Part shown: positions 10,283-19,983 of the stretch, piece by piece
How positions within the stretch are numbered: position 1 is the first letter of the stretch
How the letters are laid out: each line of letters opens with the position of its first letter
DNA from: Ignavibacteria bacterium
GTDB taxonomy: Bacteria > Bacteroidota > Ignavibacteria > Ch128b
Assembly (NCBI GenBank): GCA_013177855.1
Contig: JABLYA010000001.1
Coordinates: forward strand, 417,231-481,230
DNA length: 64,000 bases
Reading direction: 5' to 3'
Notes under the pieces: model-generated
Databases searched by the model: none
What the model was told of the DNA's origin: nothing
Seen by the model: the letters and a program-made list of their open reading frames with translations, nothing else
Position numbers and translations under genes: made by a program

Positions 10283-11595
10283 TTGTTTAACTCTGCTGCA
10301 ACTTTTTGTTTGTTCTTTTCAATTATTCCACCTTTTTGAGTGGCTGCAAATACAATGATATTTAAACCGAGTTGAAGTTGTCTTGTATTATCCTGTGGAC
10401 CACCAAAGCTCGATGGATTTTTCAACCAATCTCCCCAAGCACGTGAGTAACCTTTGCTTGATAATACAACTGCTAATCTACCATTGAGAAATACTCCTTC
10501 AAGATACTTGTATCTTTCAGGGACAGGTTTAAGTCTCTGAGCAGGATTTGGATTTGCTAATGCCATTCCATTAGGTCTGATGTTATCGTCACCAGCAGGA
10601 GGACCATCAAAATCTTCCCAGCTATGGTAGATAGGATGATTATTTGGAATTCTTTCAAAAACTGCATCAAAACCTAAAGCATCTTTAATTAATTGTCTTG
10701 CTTTTCGATTAAATGCACCTGATTCATAGGCAAAAGCATCATCAATGAAAAGAAATCCACCTTCTCGTAAATATTTACCGAGGTTCTGAGCTTCTTCTTT
10801 TGTATAAATTGGCTCAGCACGATATCCTATCATAAAAATAATTGGAATATTCATCAACTCTCTTGAGTCGAGGCGCACACTTCCTTTTAGAGTTACTTTA
10901 ATTTTAGTATTGTTATTGATAAAGTCAGCTAAGTTTTGAAGAGCCTGAGGAATACAATTCCATCCCGGTTGGTTATTATCTTCAACTTTACTTCCACGAT
11001 ATTCAAGCTGATAAAACTCAATAAATCCACTAACATCTTTTTTGTTCGTACCTTGCTCAATCATTCCAGAAAAGCGATCTTGAAAATTCATCCAATCGAT
11101 TAGATTATCTTTTAAGCCTGTCACTCCTCGTTTAGAAGACATTCTCGTATTTTCAACTTCCATCTGAATATTTGGTCCATAAAATTGTGCTTGTTGCGGT
11201 GACCAGGTTCTATCGACATAATCACCAGGACGACCAAGTGAAGCAAGAGCAGAACCACCGTGCGAGACAGCTGTGGTCATTGTTCTTGGCATCGTAGCCA
11301 TTCGTGATCTTTGCGGAACCATTCTTTGCATTGTTCTTTCTACTACTTTTGGAGCCTTTTGCAATTCAAGCTGTTTCTGAAGTCGTGGTGCTCTTTGAAT
11401 AAATTTCACAGTTGTAGGCGGCCGCTTAACTTCTTTTATACTCTCCACATATTTGATATTTAAGATTACAGGCAAAAAATGAATTATAAAAGAAATTAAA
11501 ATAAAAATGAGCAAATGCTTCCTGTAATAACTCAGGAACGCTTTGATCTTTTGACTTAAATTATAATCTGAAATAAAAATCGATTTGACTGACAT
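10279..11595 (-). CDS. Membrane-anchored DUF4159 protein with TonB/TolA-like transmembrane helix and linker
   Basis: TM helix LIFILISFIIHFLPVIL (SxxxH); Pro/Lys/Arg/Gln-rich linker; DUF4159 motifs PQALQNL, YLREGGFLFIDD, HPIYHS, LEGVFLNGRLAVVLS, GLNIIVFA. Confidence 0.8.
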   Translation of the reverse strand: MSVKSIFISDYNLSQKIKAFLSYYRKHLLIFILISFIIHFLPVILNIKYVESIKEVKRPPTTVKFIQRAPRLQKQLELQKAPKVVERTMQRMVPQRSRMATMPRTMTTAVSHGGSALASLGRPGDYVDRTWSPQQAQFYGPNIQMEVENTRMSSKRGVTGLKDNLIDWMNFQDRFSGMIEQGTNKKDVSGFIEFYQLEYRGSKVEDNNQPGWNCIPQALQNLADFINNNTKIKVTLKGSVRLDSRELMNIPIIFMIGYRAEPIYTKEEAQNLGKYLREGGFLFIDDAFAYESGAFNRKARQLIKDALGFDAVFERIPNNHPIYHSWEDFDGPPAGDDNIRPNGMALANPNPAQRLKPVPERYKYLEGVFLNGRLAVVLSSKGYSRAWGDWLKNPSSFGGPQDNTRQLQLGLNIIVFAATQKGGIIEKNKQKVAAELNK

Positions 11596-11605
11596 TTCAG
11601 CTCAT

Positions 11606-12019
11606 CTACTCTTTCTTTTCTTCTTCTTTATCCGTTGCTATCGCAAGCTGATCTATTCCCACAATTTTGGCTGCATCCATTACATCTACAACTATTCCGT
11701 GTGGAGTCTTTTTATCTGCTTTAATGATTAAAACTTTACTTCCAAAAATATCTTTCTGAATTCGTAACTGCTCCTCAAGATTATCAAGTGTGACAGGAGT
11801 TCCATTTAAATCCATTTCACCTTTTTCAGAAATTGTAATGCTTAAGTCTTTTTCAGGCGGTGCATCAGAAGTTGCAGCCTGTGGAAGATCAACCTTCAAT
11901 CCACTTTGAACAGCAAAAACTGTTGTAACCATAAAAAATATTAAGAGCTGAAATACGCAGTCAATCATCGGGGTCATATCAATGCCCCGTTCTTCCCAGA
12001 TTCTTTTCTTCCTTGCCAT
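11606..12019 (-). CDS. exbD: Biopolymer transporter ExbD/TolR
   Basis: IDMTPMIDCVFQLLIFFMVTT, VDLPQA, IIKADKKTPHGIVVDVMD. Confidence 0.93.
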   Translation of the reverse strand: MARKKRIWEERGIDMTPMIDCVFQLLIFFMVTTVFAVQSGLKVDLPQAATSDAPPEKDLSITISEKGEMDLNGTPVTLDNLEEQLRIQKDIFGSKVLIIKADKKTPHGIVVDVMDAAKIVGIDQLAIATDKEEEKKE

Positions 12020-12020
12020 C

Positions 12021-12890
12021 TTATTTATATCCTAAAGATTTTAAGACTTCTTCTTCAAGTTTTTTCCCTTCTTCATCTGAAATGTTCAGTTCAATTCTTT
12101 TCTGTTTTAAGAATTCTTCTTCTTCTTTATTTAGAACACCATCTCTGTAAGCAGTCTTCAGCATTTCTTTATATGTAGAAAATCTTGCAAGATCTTTTAG
12201 AATTAAATTGACAAAATGATTTGTAAATGGCTCAACATACTTAACCAATTTCATTGCTCTTCTTTTCAAAAAGCTATAACCAATAACCGACGGAATCGCA
12301 ACTATTAATCCACCCGCAGTGGTGATCAGAGCAACGGAAATACCACCCGCAACTACAGCCGGATCTCCTTTTCCACCTTTTGCGATTTCATCGAACGACA
12401 TAATCATCCCAAGAATAGTTCCAAGTAATCCGAGAAGCGTTGCCACACTTGCAATAGTATTCACAACTGGTAGAAATTCTTCAAAATATTCTTCTGCAGC
12501 TTCGTCACCTGTATCAAGAAGTTCATTTCTCATATCGAGTATTGGTCTTTTTTCCACAACCAGAAAATTAAATCTCTTCAAGACTTGAAGGAAAACATAA
12601 CCAAGCACACCTTTATTTTTCTCGCACCATTGAACTAAAGGCTCAACTGAACCGTATCTATTCAAAAGATCAGCAAGCTCTTCCAAAATTTTTTGTGCCT
12701 TATCCTCTTTTGGCACTGAGAGATATCTATAAAGTCTTTCTATTATAATTCCAAGCGAAACAATTGAAAAGAAAAGGAGCGGATACATTATGTACCAGCC
12801 GCCTTTGTTTAGAATTTCTACTAACCAGTTTTCAGTTAACCAGCTTCTTAAAGTATTTTCAGTTTGAAGAATAATTAATAATGTTCTCAA
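12021..12890 (-). CDS. exbB: MotA/TolQ/ExbB proton channel with extra C-terminal helical tail
   Basis: GGWYIMYPL, IASVATLLGLLGTILGMI.SF, VAGGISVALITTAGGLIVAIP; TTG start with GGAGG SD. Confidence 0.92.
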   Translation of the reverse strand: MRTLLIILQTENTLRSWLTENWLVEILNKGGWYIMYPLLFFSIVSLGIIIERLYRYLSVPKEDKAQKILEELADLLNRYGSVEPLVQWCEKNKGVLGYVFLQVLKRFNFLVVEKRPILDMRNELLDTGDEAAEEYFEEFLPVVNTIASVATLLGLLGTILGMIMSFDEIAKGGKGDPAVVAGGISVALITTAGGLIVAIPSVIGYSFLKRRAMKLVKYVEPFTNHFVNLILKDLARFSTYKEMLKTAYRDGVLNKEEEEFLKQKRIELNISDEEGKKLEEEVLKSLGYK

Positions 12891-12909
12891 GGTTAATCCT
12901 CCATTAAAA

Positions 12910-15900
12910 TTATTGACTTTCTAACCATTCTTTATGTTCCTTGGCAAATAAATATGCCGCCCTTTCATTTTCATCTTTGCTGTTTTCATAAAGTTTTATC
13001 ACTTCTTCATACCATTTTATTGCTTCTTTTTTCTTTTCAAGCATTTCATAAGATGCAGCAATATTCACTCTGCAGCCAACAGCTACACTTGCATCCGGAT
13101 ATTTTTTCAAGACCTTCATCAATTCTTCAATTGCTTTCTCGTAATTTTTTTCATCAAAGAATTTCATTGCTTTTTCGTATTCAAGGTATGAATTTATTTG
13201 GCTTAAATCATAAAGCAATTCATCAACTTCTTGAATCTTTTCATAATCAGGATATCTTTTCTTCAATTCTGAATAATAGTTTGCTGCATTCTGATAATCC
13301 TTGATGTTGTAATAATAATCTCCAATTGTGTATAGCCCGTGTGGTGCATATTCACTTTTTGGAAATCTTTGAGCTAAAATTTTAAAGGTCTCAATCATTT
13401 GATCGGGTTTTTGAAGTTCGTAATAACACCAACCTTCATTGTACATTGCAGCTGCAGCTAAATCAGATTTAGGGTAACGGCGATAAGTCAATTGATATTC
13501 CTTTATCGCTTGATCAAATTTTTTCATATTAAACATGCATTCGCCAGCGTAATATTGCATATCCGGAGCTTTAGGATCCTGTGGGTAAAGGGAAACAAAA
13601 GTTTTCATAGTGTTATATGCATTTTGCCAATCACCTATTTCATATTGTGCATAAGCTTTAAACATTATAGCGTCTTTTTTATGAATTCCATCAGGATACT
13701 GACTTAAGTAACGATTAAAAATTTTAATCGCCTGTTCGAAATCTTGATTATCATAATAAAGTGCTGCAAGCTGGAATAAAATATCCTGTATTTCTGGTGC
13801 AGTTGGAAATTTATTTGAAGCTTCAAAAAGTAAATCACCAGCTTTTTTCAGATCGCCAAGTTCTTTGTAGCTGTTAGCAAGATTAAGATAATTGACAATG
13901 ATTGTTGATGTATCGAGTCCTGGGACTGCCAGAGACTTATTAGCATATTCAATGCTTTCTTTATATCTATTACCTTCGAAATAAATTGTTGATAAAGTGG
14001 AATAGTATTTACCAATTTGAATTTGATCATTTGTTTGATTAATCAAATTTTGAAAAATCGAAACACCTTTCTCAAGTTCACCAATTTTTGCATAAGATAG
14101 AGCAAGTTTTTCATAGGCATTATCAATATTTTGAGCAAAGGCATTTTTAAATAGTTTATTATCCAGAACAAACTCCAGATCACCAATTGCGCTAGTAAAA
14201 TTTTCTACCTGATAATTTATAATTCCACGAATGTATCGAACTTGCAATGCAAAAGTTTCTCGTTTTTCAAATATGGTTGTGTCAGATAATATTTTGTTTA
14301 AGTAATCGAGCGCAGAATTATAGTCACCTTTATTAATGTAAAGATCTGCAAAATTAAAGTAGATATCATTAATGATATTTAAACTATCTTTTCTCTCTTC
14401 AGTAATCTTTAGAACATTTTGCAAAAATTTCTCACCAGTATCGAATTCAGAACGAGCAGAATAAATTTTGCAAATTTTATTAACTGCCCCTGGATAATAA
14501 GGTGAATAGAAATTAATATTTTCAAAAGTTGCAATTGCTTCATCGTAGCGTTTGCTGTCCGCTAAAGTTATTAAGCGATAATAATATGCTTCGCTTGTAT
14601 CAATTTTCTTTTTTGTATCAGGATTATTTAAGATTTCATCAATCGTTTCAAGGGCTGAGGTATAATCACCAAGTTTATATAAAGTAAATCCAAGCTGAAT
14701 TTTTGCATTTATAGTTTCATCATGAGTTGGAAAGTTTCTAATCAAAGTTTCCAGGGTTTTTCTTGCAGCTTCATAATCACCGGCAAAATTTTGAGAGGAA
14801 GCTTTTATATTAAAAACTGTCGGAACTAAATCTGAATATGCGTATTTAGTAATGAATGAGTCACAATGAGCAATCGCATTTTGAAATTCTTTTGCATTAT
14901 AATAATTAAGAATTACTGCAAGTTTTGCTTTATCAACACTAAAATCTATTGCATCAGCCACAGATTCATAGCTATAAATGTAAATGTCATATTCTTCAGC
15001 TGCTTTTGAAAACATCCTTGCATTTTGATAGGTCTCTGCAATTTTGAATTGAAATTTTGCCTGCAATTTTTTGTTCTGAAAATTCTGATCAATTGCATCA
15101 CGATAAACGGCAATGGCTTCCTGCAAGCCTTTAGCTTCGAGAGTGTAATCAGCAATTTTTATCCAGGCTACCTCCTGCAAACTCGGAATTAGAGTAAATG
15201 TTGTAATGATTTTTCTGTAATAGGAAATTGCAAGATCATAATTATTTAATTTCCGATAGGCGTCACCGATTTTGATATACGCTTTAGCTACAAGCTCTAA
15301 ATCTGTAGTTTCTACATCCCTGCCTTCTGTAACTTCAAAAAGTCTTCTCTCTTTTTCAGCTTTAAGTTCAATTTTTTCCCAATCTTTTTTTGTAAAAATT
15401 TCAGGTTGAAATTTGTTGATTAATTCTAACCAGTGTTCAAGCGCTAAATCATAATTCCCCATATCGAAATAATTCTGAGCAATTTGATACAAAGCTCGTG
15501 CGTAATATTCTGTATTTGGATATTTCTCTAACAGCTTGTGGAAAAGGATTGATGAACTATCGAGTTTATTAGTTTCTCTATATGCCCAGCCTATGTCGTA
15601 AAGGGCCTGTTCAGATTTTTTATCATTTGGGAATTTTATAAAAAGTTTAAATGCTTCTTCAATTGCTTCATCATATCGACCAAGCTTATAATAAATATCG
15701 TAAATCTGAAATTGTGCTAAAGCAGCAAGTTTTGGTTCATCTTTTCTCAGCGAGACAATTCTAAAATAGTGAATCGCAGAATCGGAGTAATTCATTTGTT
15801 TAAATGCATTACCTTTCATATATGCAGCAGCTGCTCGAACACTTATAATAAACTCGTTATTGAGAATTCCAACTTTAATTGAATCTTCATCAACAAATTT

Positions 15901-16068
15901 GCTTTCAGTATACAAAATATAATCATACATTCGTATCGCATTTTTATAGTCTCGTGAGACAAAATAATTTTGTCCCGCCTGGAACGCATTTTTGAATTCC
16001 TGCGGTGTTGGAATAAAATAACTAACTATTGTTGCGATTACAAAAAAAATCAACTGCCACATATTCAA
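12910..16068 (-). CDS. Large periplasmic tetratricopeptide-repeat protein (BamD/CpoB-like repeats)
   Basis: N-terminal hydrophobic segment, then many TPRs with 'L.kYP.s..a..Alyqia..Y' turns. Confidence 0.85.
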   Translation of the reverse strand: MNMWQLIFFVIATIVSYFIPTPQEFKNAFQAGQNYFVSRDYKNAIRMYDYILYTESKFVDEDSIKVGILNNEFIISVRAAAAYMKGNAFKQMNYSDSAIHYFRIVSLRKDEPKLAALAQFQIYDIYYKLGRYDEAIEEAFKLFIKFPNDKKSEQALYDIGWAYRETNKLDSSSILFHKLLEKYPNTEYYARALYQIAQNYFDMGNYDLALEHWLELINKFQPEIFTKKDWEKIELKAEKERRLFEVTEGRDVETTDLELVAKAYIKIGDAYRKLNNYDLAISYYRKIITTFTLIPSLQEVAWIKIADYTLEAKGLQEAIAVYRDAIDQNFQNKKLQAKFQFKIAETYQNARMFSKAAEEYDIYIYSYESVADAIDFSVDKAKLAVILNYYNAKEFQNAIAHCDSFITKYAYSDLVPTVFNIKASSQNFAGDYEAARKTLETLIRNFPTHDETINAKIQLGFTLYKLGDYTSALETIDEILNNPDTKKKIDTSEAYYYRLITLADSKRYDEAIATFENINFYSPYYPGAVNKICKIYSARSEFDTGEKFLQNVLKITEERKDSLNIINDIYFNFADLYINKGDYNSALDYLNKILSDTTIFEKRETFALQVRYIRGIINYQVENFTSAIGDLEFVLDNKLFKNAFAQNIDNAYEKLALSYAKIGELEKGVSIFQNLINQTNDQIQIGKYYSTLSTIYFEGNRYKESIEYANKSLAVPGLDTSTIIVNYLNLANSYKELGDLKKAGDLLFEASNKFPTAPEIQDILFQLAALYYDNQDFEQAIKIFNRYLSQYPDGIHKKDAIMFKAYAQYEIGDWQNAYNTMKTFVSLYPQDPKAPDMQYYAGECMFNMKKFDQAIKEYQLTYRRYPKSDLAAAAMYNEGWCYYELQKPDQMIETFKILAQRFPKSEYAPHGLYTIGDYYYNIKDYQNAANYYSELKKRYPDYEKIQEVDELLYDLSQINSYLEYEKAMKFFDEKNYEKAIEELMKVLKKYPDASVAVGCRVNIAASYEMLEKKKEAIKWYEEVIKLYENSKDENERAAYLFAKEHKEWLESQ

Positions 16069-19035
16069 TTAGAAACCAGTGTAAATTGAGAAATACAAAG
16101 TTGATTCTTCACGACCTTTAAATCTGTCTTCTTCTCGCTTGAAATCTCTTGTTGTGTATTTATACCCGAAATCAATTACAATATTATAACCAGCATATTG
16201 AGATTTATTGCTCAAAGATAAAGCAATGGTTCTGCGATCTTCACTTTCAAAATCATCCTTTAAATTTCTAATTCTATAAGCGAGTGGTGAAACTCCTTTG
16301 AGAAATGTAATACCTTGCATTCCAAAATGTAATGTTGTGCTTTGAGTTAATCGATAATCCACTCTTATGATTGGAATAGTTTCCTGCATATGTTTATTGA
16401 TTACTGTAATCTTATCTCCATCTTTATTCTCAGTGAACTTTGATGATTTTTCTGTTCTTACTTTGAATTGTGGAATTACTTTCAAAGCGTTATTTAAGAA
16501 AGAAAATTCATATTCTATTTTATTAACCATTCCGAAGAAAGAAATCCTGCCTTCTACCTGATCATTCAACAATCTGCTTTCATTTGCAAATGCAAGAAGT
16601 CTATTACCTTGAGCAAATTGATGATTAAGCTGAAATCTTAAATTGTTTTCAATTCTAAGATTTGGAATTTGCGTGTAAGTTGTCCCGATATAAAGATTAT
16701 TAACTAGACTGTTTTTATATAATAAAGGATCAAGCACATAATCAGGGAATGGGTCAGCTGTTGTGATTACACCAGGGAATTGATAACAATCATTTGGAAT
16801 ATTGTCTTTAACCTGTTTCAAGACATAAAAAATTCTTAAAGAACCAAATTTGGGTGTCTCTGTGAAATAAGTCAGTTTGAAATAATTAACATAATTTTTT
16901 CCGCCTTTTAACAATCCTTCTTCTCTTAATAATCCAAATCCAATATTAAAATTTTTAATGAGTTCGAGTGTCGTAAATAAATGATAACCTTTTTGATCAG
17001 GAGTATATGGATAATCCGGCAAGATGTCGTTTTCCTGTTCGTCGATTACATCGTTATTGTTCCAATCATCTCCATAATCGAGACTTGGTGGATCGGAATA
17101 GAATGTTAAGAAATCCTGTGCATAATCTGGAATTCCATCGGCATTTTTATCATCATCAGGAATTCCATCACGATCTCTATCTTTCCCAGGAAAGATACCG
17201 GTGTCAGGTCGTCTTAAAATTGTTGCTAAACTTACCAGCTCATTTGTATTTTGACGATAACCAAGTAAGAAGAAATCACCTACTCTATTCAAAACATCTC
17301 TATTCTTGCCTCTTGAGTCAGTTGTAAATACATTGTAATGATAAAATCCATCTTCCCATCTATCATTATCATCATTGTCATCAACTAACGCATAGTATGC
17401 ACCGCCAGGAATAATTGCACCGCTGCTGGATGCGTCATAACCCAAAAAGTCGGGATAAATAGGATTTGGAATTAAATTATCAGATGGTGAGCTGTAAAAA
17501 CTATTTTCAAGTGTGTAAATATTCAATGCTGTAGTGTAAGTTCCATCAATTCTATAAATTTCTCCACCTAATGTTAATCTTCCAAGTTTCTTTTTTCCTC
17601 TCAAGAACCAGGCTTGTCCAGATATATCTTGTTCTTCTCCAGATTTACCGGTAAATCTTTTATCACGAATTATTGGATACTTGAAATGTTCTTTACTTTG
17701 ATTGAATTCACCTTCAATTTCAAATCCTTTCCAATTAAAGGTGAAATTAAATCCATAAACTTCCATACCTGTAACAAGTCCGTATGAGAAAGTTACAATT
17801 TGTTTATTTGAAGCATCTGTTACATTTCCTTCAGCTCTTCGAATTGTTCTAAATGGAGTAGGCGTTGCATAAAGTTCAGGGTCAGTGTGAGATTGAAATC
17901 TTGCGTCACCAGTGTATTCGTCAAGTCTATTTAACCAATCGTGAGCGATGTCAATTCGATAATCATTGGCAAGGATTAATTGAAATTGAACCGAAGTTGC
18001 ACCTTCAGGAATTACGAATGCGTAGGTGATGTTTTCACCATCACGACTTCCAATCTTAACTGGATAACTTGGTGGAAATGTTGAGTATCTGTCTCTGTAA
18101 TTGATATATCTTGTAAAACTTGTTGTATCAGCGCCTGCAAAGAAATCTTTTGCATTAATCCAAAAATTTCTAAAAACCCAATACTGGATTGGATCATTCA
18201 ATGTAGTTGCCGCTGAGTTTGGGACAGAGCCGTGAATATTTTTAATTGGTCTTGCAACACCATTTATGATAATCGTTGGAGGCTGATAAATAATTGGACC
18301 CGAAAGATCTCCAGGACTATCATCACTAATTCTAACAAAAATTACTCTTGGAATTGCATTTGAAACAACTCCTTTTAACGAAGACTCACGACTATCAATG
18401 CTTGCTCTTCTCTGATGCTGATTTAAATAAGTTATTCCAACTGTTAAAATATCACCAATATCAGTTTCGAAATGTCCGCCAAGAAGATATTGCGTCCAAT
18501 CTCGAATTCTTCTCACACCATCTGAATAAAAGCCCTGATCAAATCTAAATCTAATTGGATCGCTTATTCTTGAAATTAAAACGGTTCCTCTATTTTTAGC
18601 CGTTGCACCATCCCATCTGATACCATTAAATCTTGCTTTGTCGAGAGTCAAACTCGTGAATTTTGTTCTAATTGCATCACCGACCATAAGTCGAGTAGTG
18701 AACCCACCATAACTATCATTTCCAATTACAAGATTGCTGAAATAATTTTCATAATATCTGGACTTTAAAAAATTGCTCTGACCGCCAGGAATATTTTGAT
18801 CAATTGCTTGTTTTTGCTGTTCATTAAACTCAATAACAGGATAACCTTCAATCAAGAAATTTCCAAAGTTGTCGAAGAATTTTTTCTTCTCAATTTTAGA
18901 GCTGTAATTCTCATAATTTCTCCCGGAAAGGTTTATGTATTTTTCTTCTTCCTTTCCGAGATTTGAAATGAATTGAGCATTTGTAATTGAAACCAAACTT
19001 AAAATCAAACTCAATGAAGTAAATATTCTTTTCAA
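16069..19035 (-). CDS. Uncharacterised large outer-membrane (probable beta-barrel) protein with Asp-rich Ca-binding loops
   Basis: Start reassigned to TTG 19035 (GGAGG SD 5 nt upstream; MKRIFTSLSL... signal peptide); amphipathic beta-strands; ends STLYFSIYTGF (BAM-type C-terminal Phe); DxDxDG/DxNxDG motifs. Confidence 0.7.
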   Translation of the reverse strand: MKRIFTSLSLILSLVSITNAQFISNLGKEEEKYINLSGRNYENYSSKIEKKKFFDNFGNFLIEGYPVIEFNEQQKQAIDQNIPGGQSNFLKSRYYENYFSNLVIGNDSYGGFTTRLMVGDAIRTKFTSLTLDKARFNGIRWDGATAKNRGTVLISRISDPIRFRFDQGFYSDGVRRIRDWTQYLLGGHFETDIGDILTVGITYLNQHQRRASIDSRESSLKGVVSNAIPRVIFVRISDDSPGDLSGPIIYQPPTIIINGVARPIKNIHGSVPNSAATTLNDPIQYWVFRNFWINAKDFFAGADTTSFTRYINYRDRYSTFPPSYPVKIGSRDGENITYAFVIPEGATSVQFQLILANDYRIDIAHDWLNRLDEYTGDARFQSHTDPELYATPTPFRTIRRAEGNVTDASNKQIVTFSYGLVTGMEVYGFNFTFNWKGFEIEGEFNQSKEHFKYPIIRDKRFTGKSGEEQDISGQAWFLRGKKKLGRLTLGGEIYRIDGTYTTALNIYTLENSFYSSPSDNLIPNPIYPDFLGYDASSSGAIIPGGAYYALVDDNDDNDRWEDGFYHYNVFTTDSRGKNRDVLNRVGDFFLLGYRQNTNELVSLATILRRPDTGIFPGKDRDRDGIPDDDKNADGIPDYAQDFLTFYSDPPSLDYGDDWNNNDVIDEQENDILPDYPYTPDQKGYHLFTTLELIKNFNIGFGLLREEGLLKGGKNYVNYFKLTYFTETPKFGSLRIFYVLKQVKDNIPNDCYQFPGVITTADPFPDYVLDPLLYKNSLVNNLYIGTTYTQIPNLRIENNLRFQLNHQFAQGNRLLAFANESRLLNDQVEGRISFFGMVNKIEYEFSFLNNALKVIPQFKVRTEKSSKFTENKDGDKITVINKHMQETIPIIRVDYRLTQSTTLHFGMQGITFLKGVSPLAYRIRNLKDDFESEDRRTIALSLSNKSQYAGYNIVIDFGYKYTTRDFKREEDRFKGREESTLYFSIYTGF

Positions 19036-19060
19036 TTTAACCTCCAAAGGTTTTCATCAA

Positions 19061-19969
19061 TTAAAATTGATATGTAAGGGATATTTTATGACCACCGCTA
19101 AGACCAGTAATTTGAATATGATTTGAATATGCATAATCAATCTTTAATCTATTAACAAAAACTCCAAAACCTCCATTTAAGGAATTCTGCTTGAATGGAC
19201 TCTCATTCACGATACCATTGTATCCTCCTCTCAAAAACAATCCGGATTCAACACCATAAACTTTTGATTTCATTGCAAGGAATTCAGCGCCGAATTTTAT
19301 CAATAAATTTTCTTCTTCTTTAATTCCGTCAATTGCAAATAAATATTCATAAGTTGGTGAATAATAAGAAATTCCAAAAGCTAATTTCATTGGTAACTTT
19401 GCATCATCTGAACCATTAATTGAGATACTTGGTTGAGTTATATCTTGAGCAGCAGCACCAAATTTTAATACTCCATTTCCAAACACTTGATAAATTGAAT
19501 AAAAAACTCCAGCATCAAAAGTAAATCCAAGATAACTTTTTGCTTCTTCGCCCGGTGCAGCTTGAGCACTCCATCCTAGTAATTTAAAACTTCCGCCTAA
19601 TCCAAAATTGCCAATGTCTTTTGCATAACTTAAGATCAGAGTATTTTCTTGCCAGGCACCTGCTTTCAAATGAGTTAATCCTGCACCAAGGTCTCCGAAT
19701 TTCCACAAAGGCACTGTGGAAGAAAAAGCTAGATAATACAAATCTTCATCCAAACCAGTAAATAGTTGATTATAAGTCGAAGAGATTTCAAATCTTTTAA
19801 CATTTATTAGACCCGCAGGATTATAAAATACGGTGTAAGATGCATCACCAACTCCAGTATAAGCTCCACCTAGACCAATTATCCTGCTATGAACACCGAG
19901 ATTTTCAAATCCGCCAGCAAAGATGCTTGAGCTAATGAATACCAGAATTAAAATTAATATCTTTTTCAC
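19061..19969 (-). CDS. PorV/PorQ- or PorP/SprF-like outer-membrane beta-barrel (T9SS-associated)
   Basis: SRIIGLGGAYTGVGD...VFYNPAGL N-terminal motif; C-terminal KIDYAY...HKISLTYQF. Confidence 0.8.
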   Translation of the reverse strand: MKKILILILVFISSSIFAGGFENLGVHSRIIGLGGAYTGVGDASYTVFYNPAGLINVKRFEISSTYNQLFTGLDEDLYYLAFSSTVPLWKFGDLGAGLTHLKAGAWQENTLILSYAKDIGNFGLGGSFKLLGWSAQAAPGEEAKSYLGFTFDAGVFYSIYQVFGNGVLKFGAAAQDITQPSISINGSDDAKLPMKLAFGISYYSPTYEYLFAIDGIKEEENLLIKFGAEFLAMKSKVYGVESGLFLRGGYNGIVNESPFKQNSLNGGFGVFVNRLKIDYAYSNHIQITGLSGGHKISLTYQF

Positions 19970-19983
19970 TTTGACCTCAAAAA

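Noticed and set aside
11606..16068. Canonical Tol-Pal or Bat (aerotolerance) operon
   Set aside because: No TolB, Pal, MoxR ATPase or vWA proteins are present in the cluster
19036..19047. ORF-track start of the 992-aa protein
   Set aside because: The extension contains the GGAGG SD itself; TTG 19035 is the better start. Similar reasoning moved the cusA and HYC_CC_PP starts
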